Shown here piece by piece: positions 50,201 through 62,645 of a stretch of DNA of 64,000 nt (within the stretch, counting starts at the first letter, position 1; every line of letters begins with the position of its first letter). A program made the translations under genes and the position numbers. The notes under the pieces are model-generated. The model saw only the letters and a program-made list of their open reading frames with translations, ran no database searches and was not told the origin of the DNA. Source of the DNA: Camelus dromedarius (lineage: Eukaryota); the NCBI RefSeq assembly GCF_036321535.1, contig NC_087436.1, forward strand, positions 106,084,001 through 106,148,000. The letters are read 5' to 3'.

Positions 50201-52359
50201 AGACTGAAAATTAGCTTCTCCCCAGTTGAAATAGCATCCTTTCTCTTGCTCCATTCCCACCACCAATTAAGCAATCATTTTAAAAGCATTTCATGTAGCA
50301 CCATTTTAAGAAAAGTCTGTACCCATCAGAGCTCATATTCAAACAGGCGAACTGTGTAGCTTCCTGACTGTACTTGTGTGCATGCATGTGTGTGTGCGTG
50401 TGCACGTTTGCATTTGCTAGGGGAGGACTAGAAATGTACCTTACTCCCTAGTCCACCCGTGTCTGGAATTCCTCTGTTAGATCTTGGTTCTTTTGACATA
50501 ACATTTTATTCAATGTTCAAGACAAAACTCCTGGAAGGGGTGCTGGAGGAAACTTTGCCACTTCCTGTAAGCAATTTTAGATGTTTTCTAGGGAAGCAGA
50601 CTTAGATGAGGGCAGGGAAAAAAAAGCATGAGAAAAGTGGAAATCTCGTGGCAGTTGATGGGAGAAGTGAGGTTGGAGAATAGAAAAAGAAATGCTAAGG
50701 GTGAAAGCAAACTTCACCTTCTTCCCTATTTTTTTCATTAAACCAGCTCGAACTCTGGTTATTTGGTTGGTTTAACCAAAGAGTTGAAATCAGTGCTGGG
50801 TGCTTTAATGAAAGCTTCTGTACTTAGCACTGAGAAAATATATTCTTCTTAGTAGAGTTGCCCAGTCTTCTTCCTTCCCTTTGTTTGTCAGTGTGCTCTT
50901 GAGCCACTGCTTTGCAGGAGTCCCCGTGCCTCCTGGAGCACGAACAGAGCAAACCGATAGCTGCCCTCGTGGAGCTCCTAGCCTGGGTGACAACACGAAG
51001 AGTCAGCATGACCCAGGCTTCATGAAGCTAGGGCGGGGAGTGACTCAGCCTGGAATTGTTGGGATAGATTTTATAAAAGATGATATTGAACTCTGTGTCC
51101 TAAAACATGAATGGCATCCTTCCATGTGGAAAGGAGTCAGGGGGTGGAAACTTCAAAAGAAAGAATCATGGAGTCAGAATTTTCAGGTCCTGATGAAACC
51201 TCATACAGTTTGCAATTAGGGTAAAACCCATCAGTCTCCAAGGAGTCTCATTGCAGGATGTGCCCACGGGGATGCGCTTCTCTGGAAGGCCAGGGAGAGG
51301 TGAGGGGCTGCTGACTGAGTTCTATTTCCTTTTCCCTTGCATTCCTGGCCATCTCTGGAATTGATGCTAATTGAATTTCAAAGCAAAGGCAGCACTCCTC
51401 TGTTAACTGTGGTGAATATCCCAGTCATTGAAAACTGGCATGACTTTATACATTCCCAGCCTTGCCTCTCGAAGTCTGTTTGGGAGTTACAGCTAGAGGA
51501 AGGCTCAGGTAAGGGGAAATACATCCCAAACAGAGAGATTAATGCATTTTAAACAAAGCAAACCAGGAAGTCCTCTAAAAATGGAAACATCGAGTAGTTT
51601 GATATTTTTGAGAAAAGTTACTAAACACTCTTAAATTTGCATTACGACTTAAATACACTAAAGCTTTGGCATTTCTAGACTCAGTAACTGATCTAGCTGT
51701 CTCTTCTTGCTTTCTCTTTTCTAACGTTCTGGTGCTGAGAAAAATCAGCATTTCTAATTTGCATGTCCAAATTAGTTTCAACTTACTTATATTGAATGAT
51801 AATAGATTTCTTTTTCTTATAATTAATGTTGTCTGAAAACATAATACAGATTTAACTTATCATTGTAAAGATCTTAAGATTTTAATATTTTTGCAGAGGC
51901 ATAAATACAGTGTAGCTATAATTATTTCATTATGTATGTATAAAAATAGGATACAGCAAAAAGTACATGCTTTCCCTCGCTGATTACTCTTAATGTCTCC
52001 CAAATTTCCTGATTTACAATATTCTCTAAGGATGTAGATTTTTCTAATTGAAGTACAGTAATTTGCATATTTTTAGACCTTGTTGACACAGTTAATTGAT
52101 ATGTCATTACTTATATCATGCTGAATATAATTTACACTCTTTATTCACGGCAGACTTACAATGCTGTCCTTTTGGGGAAGAATTCACAAAGTAGTGTTCT
52201 TTGTTTGGCTTTTCTTTTTTGCTTAGCCAGCCTTTGCCCAAGGAAGACCAGAAAGAATGACGGCCAATTGGCAGGGTATTCTATTCAGCTGAATATTAAC
52301 CATTAACATAATAATCGAATAAATCTTAGCATTGGTGGTAAAACGAATCTTTTTTCCTT

Positions 52360-52580
52360 AGCAGTTTGCTATTTTCAAAGGACTTTCACCTATTATTAGC
52401 TCAGTTAATCCTCACATAACCCGTGACGTAGGGATTGTTGCATTTCTTTTACTGATGAGGAAGTAGAGGTTTGGGAGACATGAAGACTGGTCCAAGGTCA
52501 CATAGCTCGAAGACGGCAGCCCTGGATGGACACAGTTTTTTATCTCCAGGACAGCGTTTTTTCCACTGCCCTGCACACTC
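52360..52580 (-). mobile_element. MIR SINE
   Basis: ttttcaaaggactttcacctattattagctcagttaatcctcacataaccc...actgatgaggaagtagagg...tccaaggtcacatagct. Confidence 0.85.
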
Positions 52581-53231
52581 CACCAGAGAGGTAAGGACAT
52601 AGGACTAGAGGAGTATGAAAGAAATAAGGGGGAATAAGGAAGAAGTCCTAGTGGAGACGTGGACCAAACATCAAAGCTTAGAGACAGGGGAGGAAGTATC
52701 TTTCTAAGTGTGTCTGAGAGATGTAATATTCCGCAGTCCCGTTGCACATTTTCCTGTGTCTCAGGGAACCTGAATGGGAGTGTTGTGTACTCCCTAAGGG
52801 TTGGACCCAAGCTTTTTGCTCCTCTGTCCCTCCCACAGTGCTGTGCTATGTTCAGACGAGACACTCAGAAGTCGTTGTTGAGGGGATGAATAGCATTCTT
52901 CAGAAGTTGGAGTTATGTCTTCATTGTTCTCTTGATGAGCTGTGATAATATCTGTGCGAGCTTCGGCCACCCACACCCATCCGAATCACACGGGCCTCCT
53001 CTGCAAATTACTTTTTGCCTTTCTCCTTTTCTTTTTTTTTTTTTTTTTAAAGCCCCATTACTCTGGCCGGAGAGTTCTCTTGTTTTAAAAGATGGTTGGA
53101 TTTTGGCCTAGTGTTTACGTGGATTGCTAAAGATGTAGGATCTGCTTTTGGTGGATTTCCAAGTATGCGATCCATCCAAGCAGCTGAAAATCACAACAAA
53201 CGGAGTTCAGAAAGCATGCAAAGGCGAGACA

Positions 53232-53450
53232 TTGTGGTATAATGGAAAAAGCATCAGCCTGGGAGTGAGACAGACCTGGCTGTGGATCCAAAATCTGCCA
53301 CTTGCTGGCTGTGTCATCCCTTGAAAATCACCTCCCTGAGCCTCAGTTTACTTTTCTGCCCAGTCAGACTCTAGTTAATGCTTCTTCTCTGAAGGCAGTT
53401 CAAACAGTGGGTATGTAAAATGCCTAGCCCAGTACCAGGTTCCTCTGGGG
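53232..53450 (+). mobile_element. MIR SINE
   Basis: tgtggtataatggaaaaagcatcagcctgggagtgagacagacctgg...ctgccacttgctggctgtgt...ccctgagcctcagttt. Confidence 0.8.
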
Positions 53451-53934
53451 TGCTATTTCCCTTCCCTCATTCATGTTCAGGCTGAAGTTGACCCCATTTA
53501 GGTGAGTTGTAACTGCTGCTCAGAGAACACAGGCAGCTCAATTCTTTGTTCATGGTCATCGGGTCATGTGACTCAGCATTTGTTAATGTCATGGGTTGGG
53601 GTTGAAAACTGTGGAGACCTGCCTCTTGTCCACTCTAAACACACCGAGCTTTCTTCACCCAGCAGCGGTGGGATCTGCTCATCTCATGGCATCTGGGGGA
53701 TCCCTGCGCTGCCCTGTTTCACAGAAGGGGGCAGTGTTGGGAGCCATGTAGGCTCCTCTTGAATTTTCATTGGGAAGCTCTTTTTCCAATGAAAGACAGG
53801 CTGATCTTCCTCTTGAGGATGTGCAGCTGTTCATCACTTTCCACCAGCAGTGGGAAATATGCTGAGCTGGAGAAGAGAATAGGGGTTGGCCACTGGCCAT
53901 AGTCTTCCTTTATTTCTAGAGGCATGAAGAGGCA

Positions 53935-54100
53935 GAGTAGAACAAGCCCAGGTTACAGAGACGAGCAGCTGAATCCTGCCTTGGGATTTCCACGGCATGG
54001 CATGCAGAAGTCACTTCATCTCTTTGAGACTATCTCCCGCTTTGTAAAGTGGGGCTAATAAAACCCAACTTACAGGGCTTGGAAGGGATTAGAACCTGGG
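53935..54100 (+). mobile_element. MIR SINE
   Basis: aagtcacttcatctctttgagactatctcccgctttgtaaagtggggctaataaaacccaacttacagggctt. Confidence 0.7.
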
Positions 54101-54609
54101 AGTTAGTAGAGGTTCAGGAAAATAATGAAGATAATTATTATTTTTTTTTTATTTTCCTGAGATTAATTACAGGCCAGTTGTATCCATGAGTGGAGTTGGT
54201 AACAATTCATCTGTTGTGAATTTACCAAAGACTGGCCTGCAGTAGAGGACCCCATACTGGCCAGGGGTTCACAATTCTTACAAGTCTCTGTAACTCTGGG
54301 CGTTTTGATTGGATTATGATGTGAGGTTACCTGGGAGGGAACCTCCTCAGCTAGGTACTGTGTTAGCAAGGATTTGTTTATTGGATCAACAAATTTCCTT
54401 CCCTTGTAACCTAGCAGGAGTAGCAGAGCCTTGCAGAAATGGGATACAGAGCAGGTGTGCTTGGGACGAGGCTGCTGAGAAATGGTGGAAGACCAGCACT
54501 GTCAGGTGAAATCATTTGATGGGCGCTCAGGGCGGGCTGGTAGGGATTGAGTATAGGAGGCAGTGGAAGAGTTAGGGATACAGATGATTAAATCTGTTAA
54601 ACTAAATGC

Positions 54610-54870
54610 ATGAAACGTGAGGGTCTCTTCTGTGCAGCCACTGTGCCAGGTGCCAGCAAGGAGACCTTTGACTAAGTCAGCCCCTGTTCTCAAGGTGCTT
54701 ACCACCTAGCAAACAGATTGTGAATGCAAGTCAGAGTAAGCTAACCATCAATGCAGGGAGGATGCAGGAACCATAAGTTGTCAAAGGAGTGAGTGCTTAC
54801 TTGTAAGAGAGACAATTGGAGAAGGCTTCCTGGAAGAGGTGACATGAGAATGACCTGGAAGTCTAAAGAG
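54610..54870 (-). mobile_element. L2 fragment
   Basis: ctgtgcagccactgtgccaggtgcc...cagcccctgttctcaaggtgcttac...ggagaaggcttcctggaagaggtgacat. Confidence 0.65.
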
Positions 54871-55099
54871 GACAATTACTAAATGCTTCCTATTTCATAG
54901 TCTTGCCAGAGGGTAGGCTAACACACTTAGCTAGGGCTTTCTCAGGGTACAGTGGAACTTCGTGGGTTCGCTGTTCTGTCTACATGTGCAGAGTGAAATG
55001 GAGAATCCAAGTAGCTATTTGGATCACTCAGGTCAATTTTTGAGGCAGTATTAGAAACTTGAATTATGCGGGTAGTTGTCCATTTTTTTCCCTTCTTTT

Positions 55100-55625
55100 C
55101 TCTATTTCCCCCATGGATGGACAAAGACCCCAGTGGTCTGCCCCTTGCCTGCCTCACCAGACCTATCTGGTACCACTGTTCTCCCCTACTCACTATGTCT
55201 TAGCTATGGTTGCCTTTTCTCAGTTCCCGAAATACAGTGTATTTTCTCCCATGTCAGGCCTTTGCGTGTACTGTTTCCTCAACCTGGAATACCTTCTTGC
55301 ACACTTAACCTAACCAACCTCTGCTATCTTGCAGTCCTTATTTTAAATATCACATCCGCAAAAGATCCCTCAGTCTAAATCTGGTTCTTCACATTACTCT
55401 CTTTCATGGGACCCTGGTACTTGTCCCTTAGGGCACTGATAAAAATTTGTGATTATATATTTACTTGTATGCTTACTCACCATTATCCTCTTCTAGACTA
55501 TGAGCTCCAGAAAGGTAGGAAGCATATCTGTTTTTTTTTTAATCTCTGTTGCATAAGGACCAATCCAGTGCCTATAATGTAGTAGATGCCGAGTCCCCAA
55601 TGATTATTTACCAGATGAAAGAATA
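55100..55625 (+). mobile_element. L2 LINE 3' portion
   Basis: tggtctgccccttgcct...caggcctttgcgtgtactgtttcctcaacctggaataccttct...tagactatgagctccagaaaggtagg...cagtgcctataatgtagtagatgc. Confidence 0.8.
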
Positions 55626-55634
55626 AATCACACA

Positions 55635-56045
55635 GCTGTTGATCTGAAAGAGACCTTAGCAGACATTTAGTGGAAAAGCTTCTCTTTCTTAGAAGAAGAT
55701 ACTGAAAACAAAGGGGCAAAGTGACTTAAGCCAGGTTAGTTAAACAGATGCAAAGGTAGTTGGGCAGAACCAGAACCAGCAACTGGATTTCCTGAATCCC
55801 AAACTAGTGATTTTTCTATTAGATAATTTTAGAGGTATCATGAAGAATGAAGATTCTGGAGTTACCTGCTGTATGACCATGGCCAAGATTTCTAACTCTT
55901 CAGCACCACAGTTTCCCTGTCTATTTAAATGGGTATAAACAAGGCTACTCATCTCCTAGGGTGGTCATGAGAAGTAAATGGGATAATCTAGGTAAAGCAT
56001 GTAGAGAAGTGCCAGCTGACGGAGCGTGCTCAATAAATGTTAGCC
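55635..56045. mobile_element. Two adjacent MIRs in opposite orientation (MIR3-like minus, then MIR plus)
   Basis: ctgaaagagaccttagcagacatttagt...aaagtgacttaagcca (minus); ctgtatgaccatggccaag...cacagtttccctgtctatttaaatggg...gcgtgctcaataaatgttagc (plus). Confidence 0.7.
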
Positions 56046-56106
56046 ATCATCAGTACACCACCACCACCACCATCATCATCACCACTACCACCATCACCAT
56101 CATCAT
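56046..56106. repeat. (CAC/CAT)n trinucleotide microsatellite at the MIR tail
   Basis: catcatcagtacaccaccaccaccaccatcatcatcaccactaccaccatcaccatcatcat. Confidence 0.9.
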
Positions 56107-56599
56107 GTTGACTCAGCGATGGTATTTGCAGTTGACAAGTGACATCATCTGAAGTTGCATAGGCAAAGAGGACTAGTATTCATGGGATCTTACTGCCCTG
56201 AAACAGCAAAGTCCTTTGAGGCAATGGGAGCTGCAGTTGCACTGTCTGCACTCTAGGTGGTGCAATGTTTGGCAATGAAAAAACAGGTGTATTTAAAGAA
56301 AAGGCACAATAAGTTTTCTACAAATAGATGCTCATCTGGAAATCACCTCTAGCTGCACATGCAGAAGCAACTTCAGTGGTCATAGCAGCTGCACAAGTTT
56401 TTTCTGGCAATTAGCGGCTGTCTTTCCTTGGCAGTCCCGCCCGTGGTTTTGGTGACCAGTGACGCTGAATGGATTAGAAGAGCCATCATGCACCCACCCA
56501 AAGGAGCACCTGCTCCAAGGGGGTCCCATTGGGTAGCAACGTTTTTGCAACCTGCCTTCAAACACGATAATATAATGATAAGGTGTGAGTAACAGCAGT

Positions 56600-56830
56600 G
56601 AATGTTAATATATTGAGTCCTTCCTTCCCGTGTGCCAGGCACTGTTCTAGGTCCTTTGTCAGCATTTATGCTCATGTAATCATTCCAACAGCTCTACTAT
56701 ATGGGCTCTATTTGCAGACACCGAGGACACAGAGAGTGTGAATAAACTACCCAAGGTCACATGTGGCATGAGCCTGTGGAAAATGGCGGGGCTCCACCCA
56801 GGTGTCTGATTCAATAGCCTTGATAACTGG
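56600..56830 (-). mobile_element. MIR SINE (near full length)
   Basis: tattgagtcct...tgtgccaggcactgttctaggtccttt...gctcatgtaatcattccaacagc...taactacccaaggtcacat. Confidence 0.85.
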
Positions 56831-59631
56831 GCGATCTTTCTCATGAAGCACGGATATAGGGGGCGGCAGGTGGGGTTATTTGAAGCCCAAGTACTCATTC
56901 TGAGGTGTTTTGACTCTAACTTAATGGTTGCACAGAAGGGTCCTCTTTGCATTCTGAGGCATTTGGCACCATGTGTGCCTCCACTCCATCTGCCTGTGTG
57001 TCTCTATTCATGTGTCTCTCTTATCTCTCTCTTGCTTTCCCTCACCGTCTCTCCCTCTCTCCCTCCTCTTTCTCCTGCCTTCTCTCTGCCTCATGTGGGG
57101 CTGAAGGTCCCAATCTGCCCACAGTCTGATAATCGACACGTTTGGCAGAAGTATCAACACACTGCAAATTCATGAACATTCAGATTGAACTGGCTGAGTA
57201 AACAACGACTGGTTTAGGAAATGTTTCCATTTCTCCCCATCCCCCAAATATCTGTAAACAGAATCTGGCCCAGGGATGATTCCTCATACATTTAATGCTT
57301 TTGCTGCTTTAAAGGAGAGGGGGAAGGTAAAAATTCCAAAGCCCTAAAAGAAAGCAATATTCTCAACTGAAAAAAAAAAAAAGTCTGTTCTCTCCAGCTA
57401 TAAGCATGTAATAAATCACCCATACAAAGAACTAATCTTTGAACTGAAAGTTGGCGGCTGCTTTCCCTTGCTTCTTGGGCTGGTGAGGAAAGAAACACTA
57501 TGCTGATGTCACTGCCTTTGAGAGGACGGGGGTTACATGTGATTGTGTACGTTCAGAAGACTGCATTTTCATCGATGAGTGTTTCTGGAGTTCTGGAGAC
57601 ATACTTATCTTAGTTCTTTTGGAGAATTCCAAGGTTTGCTTTGTAAATATGAGCCTGATCTGGTCTTCAGTTTTAAGATGAGAAAAATCACCTACTTCTT
57701 GGTTTTTCTCAATTTCTCTCGGTTTCTCAAGTATATGACTTAAGAATTTTAACGACTTGGGAATTATATTGTGACAGGCTGAGGGGTTTTTGTGTGTGTG
57801 TGCATGTGTGTGGAGGATGGTGAAGGACATAATTACCCAAGTTTCAGGAAATATCTGGTATTTCATGAGGGAAAATGTCAACATTTGGTACATCTGATGA
57901 TTTCATTTTATATGTGTGAAAACAGAGGCAAATGTCTGTATTTGAGGAGAGTAATTGTATAGATCAGTGTCTGTACTTTTCTTGAACACACTGTTAAAAT
58001 AATAATTAAGCCTCCACACCTGTTAGACTGTGAAAAAAATCCTCTTCTCAGAAAACAGTGCCTTTCAAGAAGCTCATAGTATCACCGAGACAGGATGGAG
58101 AGGAACATAGCTCTCTTGTCTCTAATTCACCTTTTCCCATCCCATTCTTTTTCTTTCTTTTCTCTATTCGTTTTCCTTTTCCTTCTGCCTCTTCTCATCA
58201 CTCTCTCCTTCCTCATCACTTTTTTTCCTGGGGAAAAGCTGTTTCTTGACCCTAGAAAAGTATTTTAGCTGGGAGTCAGACTGGGATTCAGTACCTCCTT
58301 CTGTGTTTCCTGAGCCATGTGGAATTTCAAATGGGCTCTGAAGGACAGAAAAGAAAAAGAAAGAGATGGTGAATAAGGAAAGAAATTTATCACCAGCACC
58401 AAGGACAGCATCCCCGCTATCATCTGCCCCAGGCTGAGGCTGGGCCCAGAGGAGGGAACTAATCAACCAGCAGGTATTTCCTGAGCACCTACTGTGTGCA
58501 AGCTAGGTCCTGGGGAGGTATCCCATCTGCCTCTGGCAACCTGATGGGATTGGGTGTTGCAAAATGAAGAGATCTCCTACACTTGGTATGGACTAAACAC
58601 CTGGTAAAAATAGCAGATTAATTTCTCCAACATATCTTCAGTGTTAGTTTCAGAGGTCTTTAAAGACCCCTGGGAGGTGAGAAGGAAAAATATAGTTCAG
58701 TGCTCACCTCTGGACCATCTGTTTTCTCACCAGAAAATAGAATATTCTTTTTTTTTTTCTGGTAAATTTACATATTCTCCTTAAATCAGTTTCCTAATTT
58801 CCAAATTGGGGATAATGAAAGTACCAAACTCCAAGTGACAGACATAGAACAGTGCCAAACACGTTGTTATGTTCAATAACTGTTCGCTACTATTATTGTT
58901 GTTGTTATTGTCCATTGGCTTCCTAGAATTTGCATCACCAATTCCAGGTAACTTAGCAATACTTTTACAACTCCACACTTCCTCTAATGATGGCAAGGAC
59001 AGATGTGCAACTAAGAAAGTCGGACACAAGATGTCGAGGAAGTGCATTATTTTAGGAATGCAGCAAAGAAAGATTCAGCAGGTATTTTTTTTTTTTTTGT
59101 AAGTAAGTATTTTTCACACCAGGCCTTGCAAACACCGAGTTTTATACCTTTTCTTCAACTTGCAAACTGATCATTTCCCAGAAACTAGACTCCTGTAAGA
59201 TTCATTAAAAAAAATCTCTGCTGGGCAAGGCACTAAGTTGCATCTTGCATTTTTCCTTTTATCACAAGCAGATCCTTTTCAAGATCAGATGTTCCTGATA
59301 TAGGTAACAAGGTCATTGAAGGGAGGATGAACGAGCTGAGAGAGGAGGGAAAACCAGCGTCCACAAGATTATTTTATATCACAGGAACGCTGCTCCACTT
59401 GCTGCAAGTCTGTTCTGAATATAAACGTGTTGTTTTCACCAGTCTCGTGCCTACCAGGATGCAGGAAATATACCCATATCCGAGGACCATTTGTTGATTG
59501 ATATTCACAAGGCTCTTTTTCAAAACCTTAAAGGAACTCCCTGACTATGGTTCTATTTCTGTGCCCTGGTCCACCTCAGAACGTAGACACTTCCTTTCAA
59601 TGAGATGATGAGATGATCCTTCAGTACCTGG

Positions 59632-59880
59632 AAGGCATAGCAGCCAAGAGCCTAGGCTTTGGAGCCAGGCTGCCTGCTCCAGAGCCTGGATCTCACTAGC
59701 GTGTACCCAGTGTGATTGTAGGCATCTTACTAAGTGCCCTGTGCCTCGGTGTCTTTACCTATGAAATGGGGTTGATAAGGATGTCTACCCGACAGAGATG
59801 ACTTAATGCATGCAAGGTGCTTAGAGCAGTGTCTAGCACTCAGTGAGTGCTGCAGAAATATGTGCCCGTGTTATTGTTGA
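59632..59880 (+). mobile_element. MIR SINE (near full length)
   Basis: aagagcctaggctttggagccaggctgcctg...cctgtgcctcggtgtctttacctatgaaatgggg...aaggtgcttagagcagtgtctagcactcagtgagtgc. Confidence 0.85.
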
Positions 59881-60029
59881 TGGTACTACCAGCATTCACT
59901 ATGTGCCAGGCACTTTGAGAAATGCTTTACATCTAACATATTTTCTCCTTATTTCCATAGAAAGGCATCACATAAGCTATTTTCCTTGCAGCGCTTTTCG
60001 CCCGAGGTCATTTTTGCTCTTTCTTTGAT

Positions 60030-60170
60030 TATTTGTTTGTTGTGTCACTCTCTGCACTAGGATGTAAGCTTTTTGAGGGCAGAGATGCTGTCTGTCTTGT
60101 TCACCGTGTGACTCCTGGTGCCCTGGCCTGGCACCTCATTGATGCTTATAAATGCTGACTTATTGATTTG
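60030..60170 (+). mobile_element. L2 3' end
   Basis: cactaggatgtaagctttttgagggcagagatgctgtctgtcttgttcaccgtg...ggcctggcacctcattgatgcttataaatg. Confidence 0.75.
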
Positions 60171-60249
60171 ATTCTCTTGCTCAAGTGGAAATATCCCTAA
60201 GACCCTTAGCTATTTCTCAGGTGACTTGATTTCTACACTTTCTCCAGCC

Positions 60250-60745
60250 TGCTATTCATCTTATTCCTTTTAAAATGTGGGACCAAGAACTGAGCACCAC
60301 ATACCAGCAGTGATCTTGTCAGCCCGAGGGCCACGGAAACAAACATTCCTTCTCAGGAAAATGGCCTCCATACTGTCTTCCGGAGATCTCAAGAGGTTTC
60401 TTCATTTCTGTCTCAGCCAGGTAGCACGTATCGGCTACTGGCCAACCAGACTTTATGAAGCAAGGTTTTCCTCACAACTGCTTCAACAATTGTAGTTGAC
60501 CATGCGGGACTTTACTTTTATCCTTGTTCAATTAAGTTTTCTTGGCTCTGTGCCCAAGGTCCTGTTTGTCAAGGTATCTTAGAACTTTCATTCTGACATC
60601 TGTTGTATGTTCTCTCTCTCTTATCTTCAGGTACCCGTACATAGTTAATCAGCATGATTTGTACATATTCTTTCAAGGAGCTGGCAAACACGTGGAGCCA
60701 GATAGAGCCTTGGCACCCAAAGTAGACATCCCATATTGACATAAA
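60250..60745 (-). mobile_element. L3/CR1 LINE fragment
   Basis: ttccttttaaaatgtgggaccaagaactgagcaccacataccag and gactttacttttatccttgttcaattaag...ctgtttgtcaaggtatctt...ttctgacatc resemble antisense L3 ORF2/3' sequence. Confidence 0.55.
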
Positions 60746-60771
60746 AAAGAACTTACCAGAATGACCTACAG

Positions 60772-61010
60772 CAATAGCTAGTGTTAAGTATTTAGCACAT
60801 GTGAGATGTTGTTCCTTAGAACCCTTAGGTTTTGAATGAATTAGCTCATAATCCTCACAAGAACCCCATGAGTTAATGACCATTATTATCACCATGTGTA
60901 CATGGAGGAAAAAACAACTAATAAGAGAAACTAAATAATTTACCCAATATACTTAGAGTCGGTATTCAACCCAGAGAAGATCTGAACCTGTATTTTTCAC
61001 TCTTAACACG
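60772..61010 (-). mobile_element. MIR SINE
   Basis: gaattagctcataatcctcacaagaaccccatgag...cattattatcaccatgtgtacatggaggaaa...aaataatttacccaa. Confidence 0.75.
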
Positions 61011-61782
61011 CTTCCCTATGATCACTTCTGTAGATACTAATCCATTAGTCAAGACTTCCTGGTTACAGTGATTTTTAGCTATTAGAATTTCTCTTAAGTC
61101 TACTGTCTTAGAGAAATCATGGAACAGTTTAATTACTGTTTTGATGAAGAGTCACTCTGTTTTATAGCATTTCCTTGATACTGTTTGTGGGCAATAATCA
61201 AAGGGGCAAAAATATGTTCCCAAGGCTGAAGCTGGTTTATTGTGGACTGTCAGAGACCTACTTGGATAAATCAGAAGCAACTGGTTTTGTCCCAGAGTGG
61301 TCATTTTTTGAGTTGATTTTGTAAATAATGCAGGAATCATGGCTTTAAATGCTTCTACTTAAAGAATTACATCGAGGATCAAAAGTATGAAAAAAAATGT
61401 TGTGGGACATCGGGAATATTGATACTTTTGCACATCCATCTTCTGGTCCTCATGGGTGGGAATGAACAGTTTCATGGTCTCAAGGCCATCTGAGGGCTGA
61501 GTGAGATTTACCCCACTCTACATCAAGTTGCTTATTCAGATCAAGAGTCCTGAAAAGAGTCAAAAACTCAGCTGAGCCAATGAAATAGCATTTGGTTGTT
61601 GGGCCCAGGGCTAGAACACTGTGCAGACTTCTTCAGATGGCATGGTGTTGGTCAACTAAGTGACCAATGGAATTGTCATCTGCATCAGCTTTCCCTTTGG
61701 CATATAAAAGCCTTGTAGATGCCCTTCCCCTGTAGCTAATAGTCAAAGGTAAAGAGTTGAAGTCAATCAAATATGGGTCATG

Positions 61783-62223
61783 TAGTATTTTTCAGAGTAT
61801 AGCGAGCAGGATGATTGTAGGTGATACACAGATGAATGTATGCATTTATTTTACTTTTTTTTTTTTTTAAACGGGGGAGATAATTAAGTTTGTTTGCTTG
61901 TTTGTTTGTTTACTTAATGGAGGTTCTGGGGATTGAACCCAGGACCTCGTGCATGCTATGCATGCACTCTACTAGTTGGGCTATACCCTCCCCCTGAATG
62001 TATGCATTTTTATTTTAACAATTGTGTAGAAAAATATATTATTAGTTAATGAAACAAGTGATCACATGGTTATTATCCCTTAGGATTAGGCAAAGTTAAA
62101 AAGCGTGAGTCATTTTGAATCTTGTTTAAAGAAAAATACTCAGTAAATAACAATATTGGTAGTTTGCAGATGAGCAAAGATTGTGAAAGGGATGTGTAAA
62201 TGAATAAGAGTTGGAGAATATTG
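61783..62223. mobile_element. hAT-Charlie-like MITE interrupted by a SINE
   Basis: Degenerate TIR-like ends tagtatttttcagagt / agttggagaatattg; internal taggtgatacacagatgaa...ttgcagatgagcaaagattgtgaaagg...tgaataagagttggagaa. Confidence 0.45.
61848..61994 (-). mobile_element. tRNA-Ala-derived SINE (camelid Vic-1-like)
   Basis: Reverse complement ggggagggtatagcccaactagtagagtgcatgcatagcatgcacgaggtcctgggttcaatccccagaacctcc, same family as 35854; perfect 15-bp TSD tgaatgtatgcattt (61833-61847/61995-62009). Confidence 0.9.
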
Positions 62224-62645
62224 AGCTAATGCAATGTTAATTAAAAATGTAATGTTATGTATGTAAATGCCGTTAAAAGTTTTTCATGCTCATTGTATTT
62301 TCAGAACTCAAATTGGACATGTAGTCACAGTGGATGCAGTCTTTCATGGTAGGAGGAAGCATTGATAGATTGGAGAAGTAGGGCAATAACCATAGAAAAT
62401 CCTAGTCAGACATCACTCCCTGGTAGAATGGTGGGTAGGATCCAGTAGTAAAACACACTCATGCAGGAATAATTAACCCCTACCTATTGTTTAAGTCAAA
62501 TAATTCATCTTTTAATGTTACTTTAAGCCTCTTGCCCTCAATATTTATGTTTTACTTGCAAAGTAATCTAGTTTTTCTGTAACAAATAAAAAACATGCAA
62601 GTTGAGACAGCCTTGATTTCTGAACTCTGTTTTCAGCAGTGCTGC

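Noticed and set aside
52412..52864. Longest ORFs (150 aa here; also 37677-38123 and 35949-36392)
   Set aside because: They run through MIR, MER20, L2 or SINE relics, show no recognisable domain, and are within chance length for 64 kb in six frames.
55961..56152. ORF with poly-Thr/Ile tract
   Set aside because: It is the translation of a (CAC/CAT)n microsatellite at a MIR tail.
58869..59102. ORF with signal-peptide-like poly-Leu start and possible exon 58928-59091
   Set aside because: The Leu run comes from a (tta/ttg)n MIR tail, the acceptor is weak, and the peptide resembles nothing I recognise.
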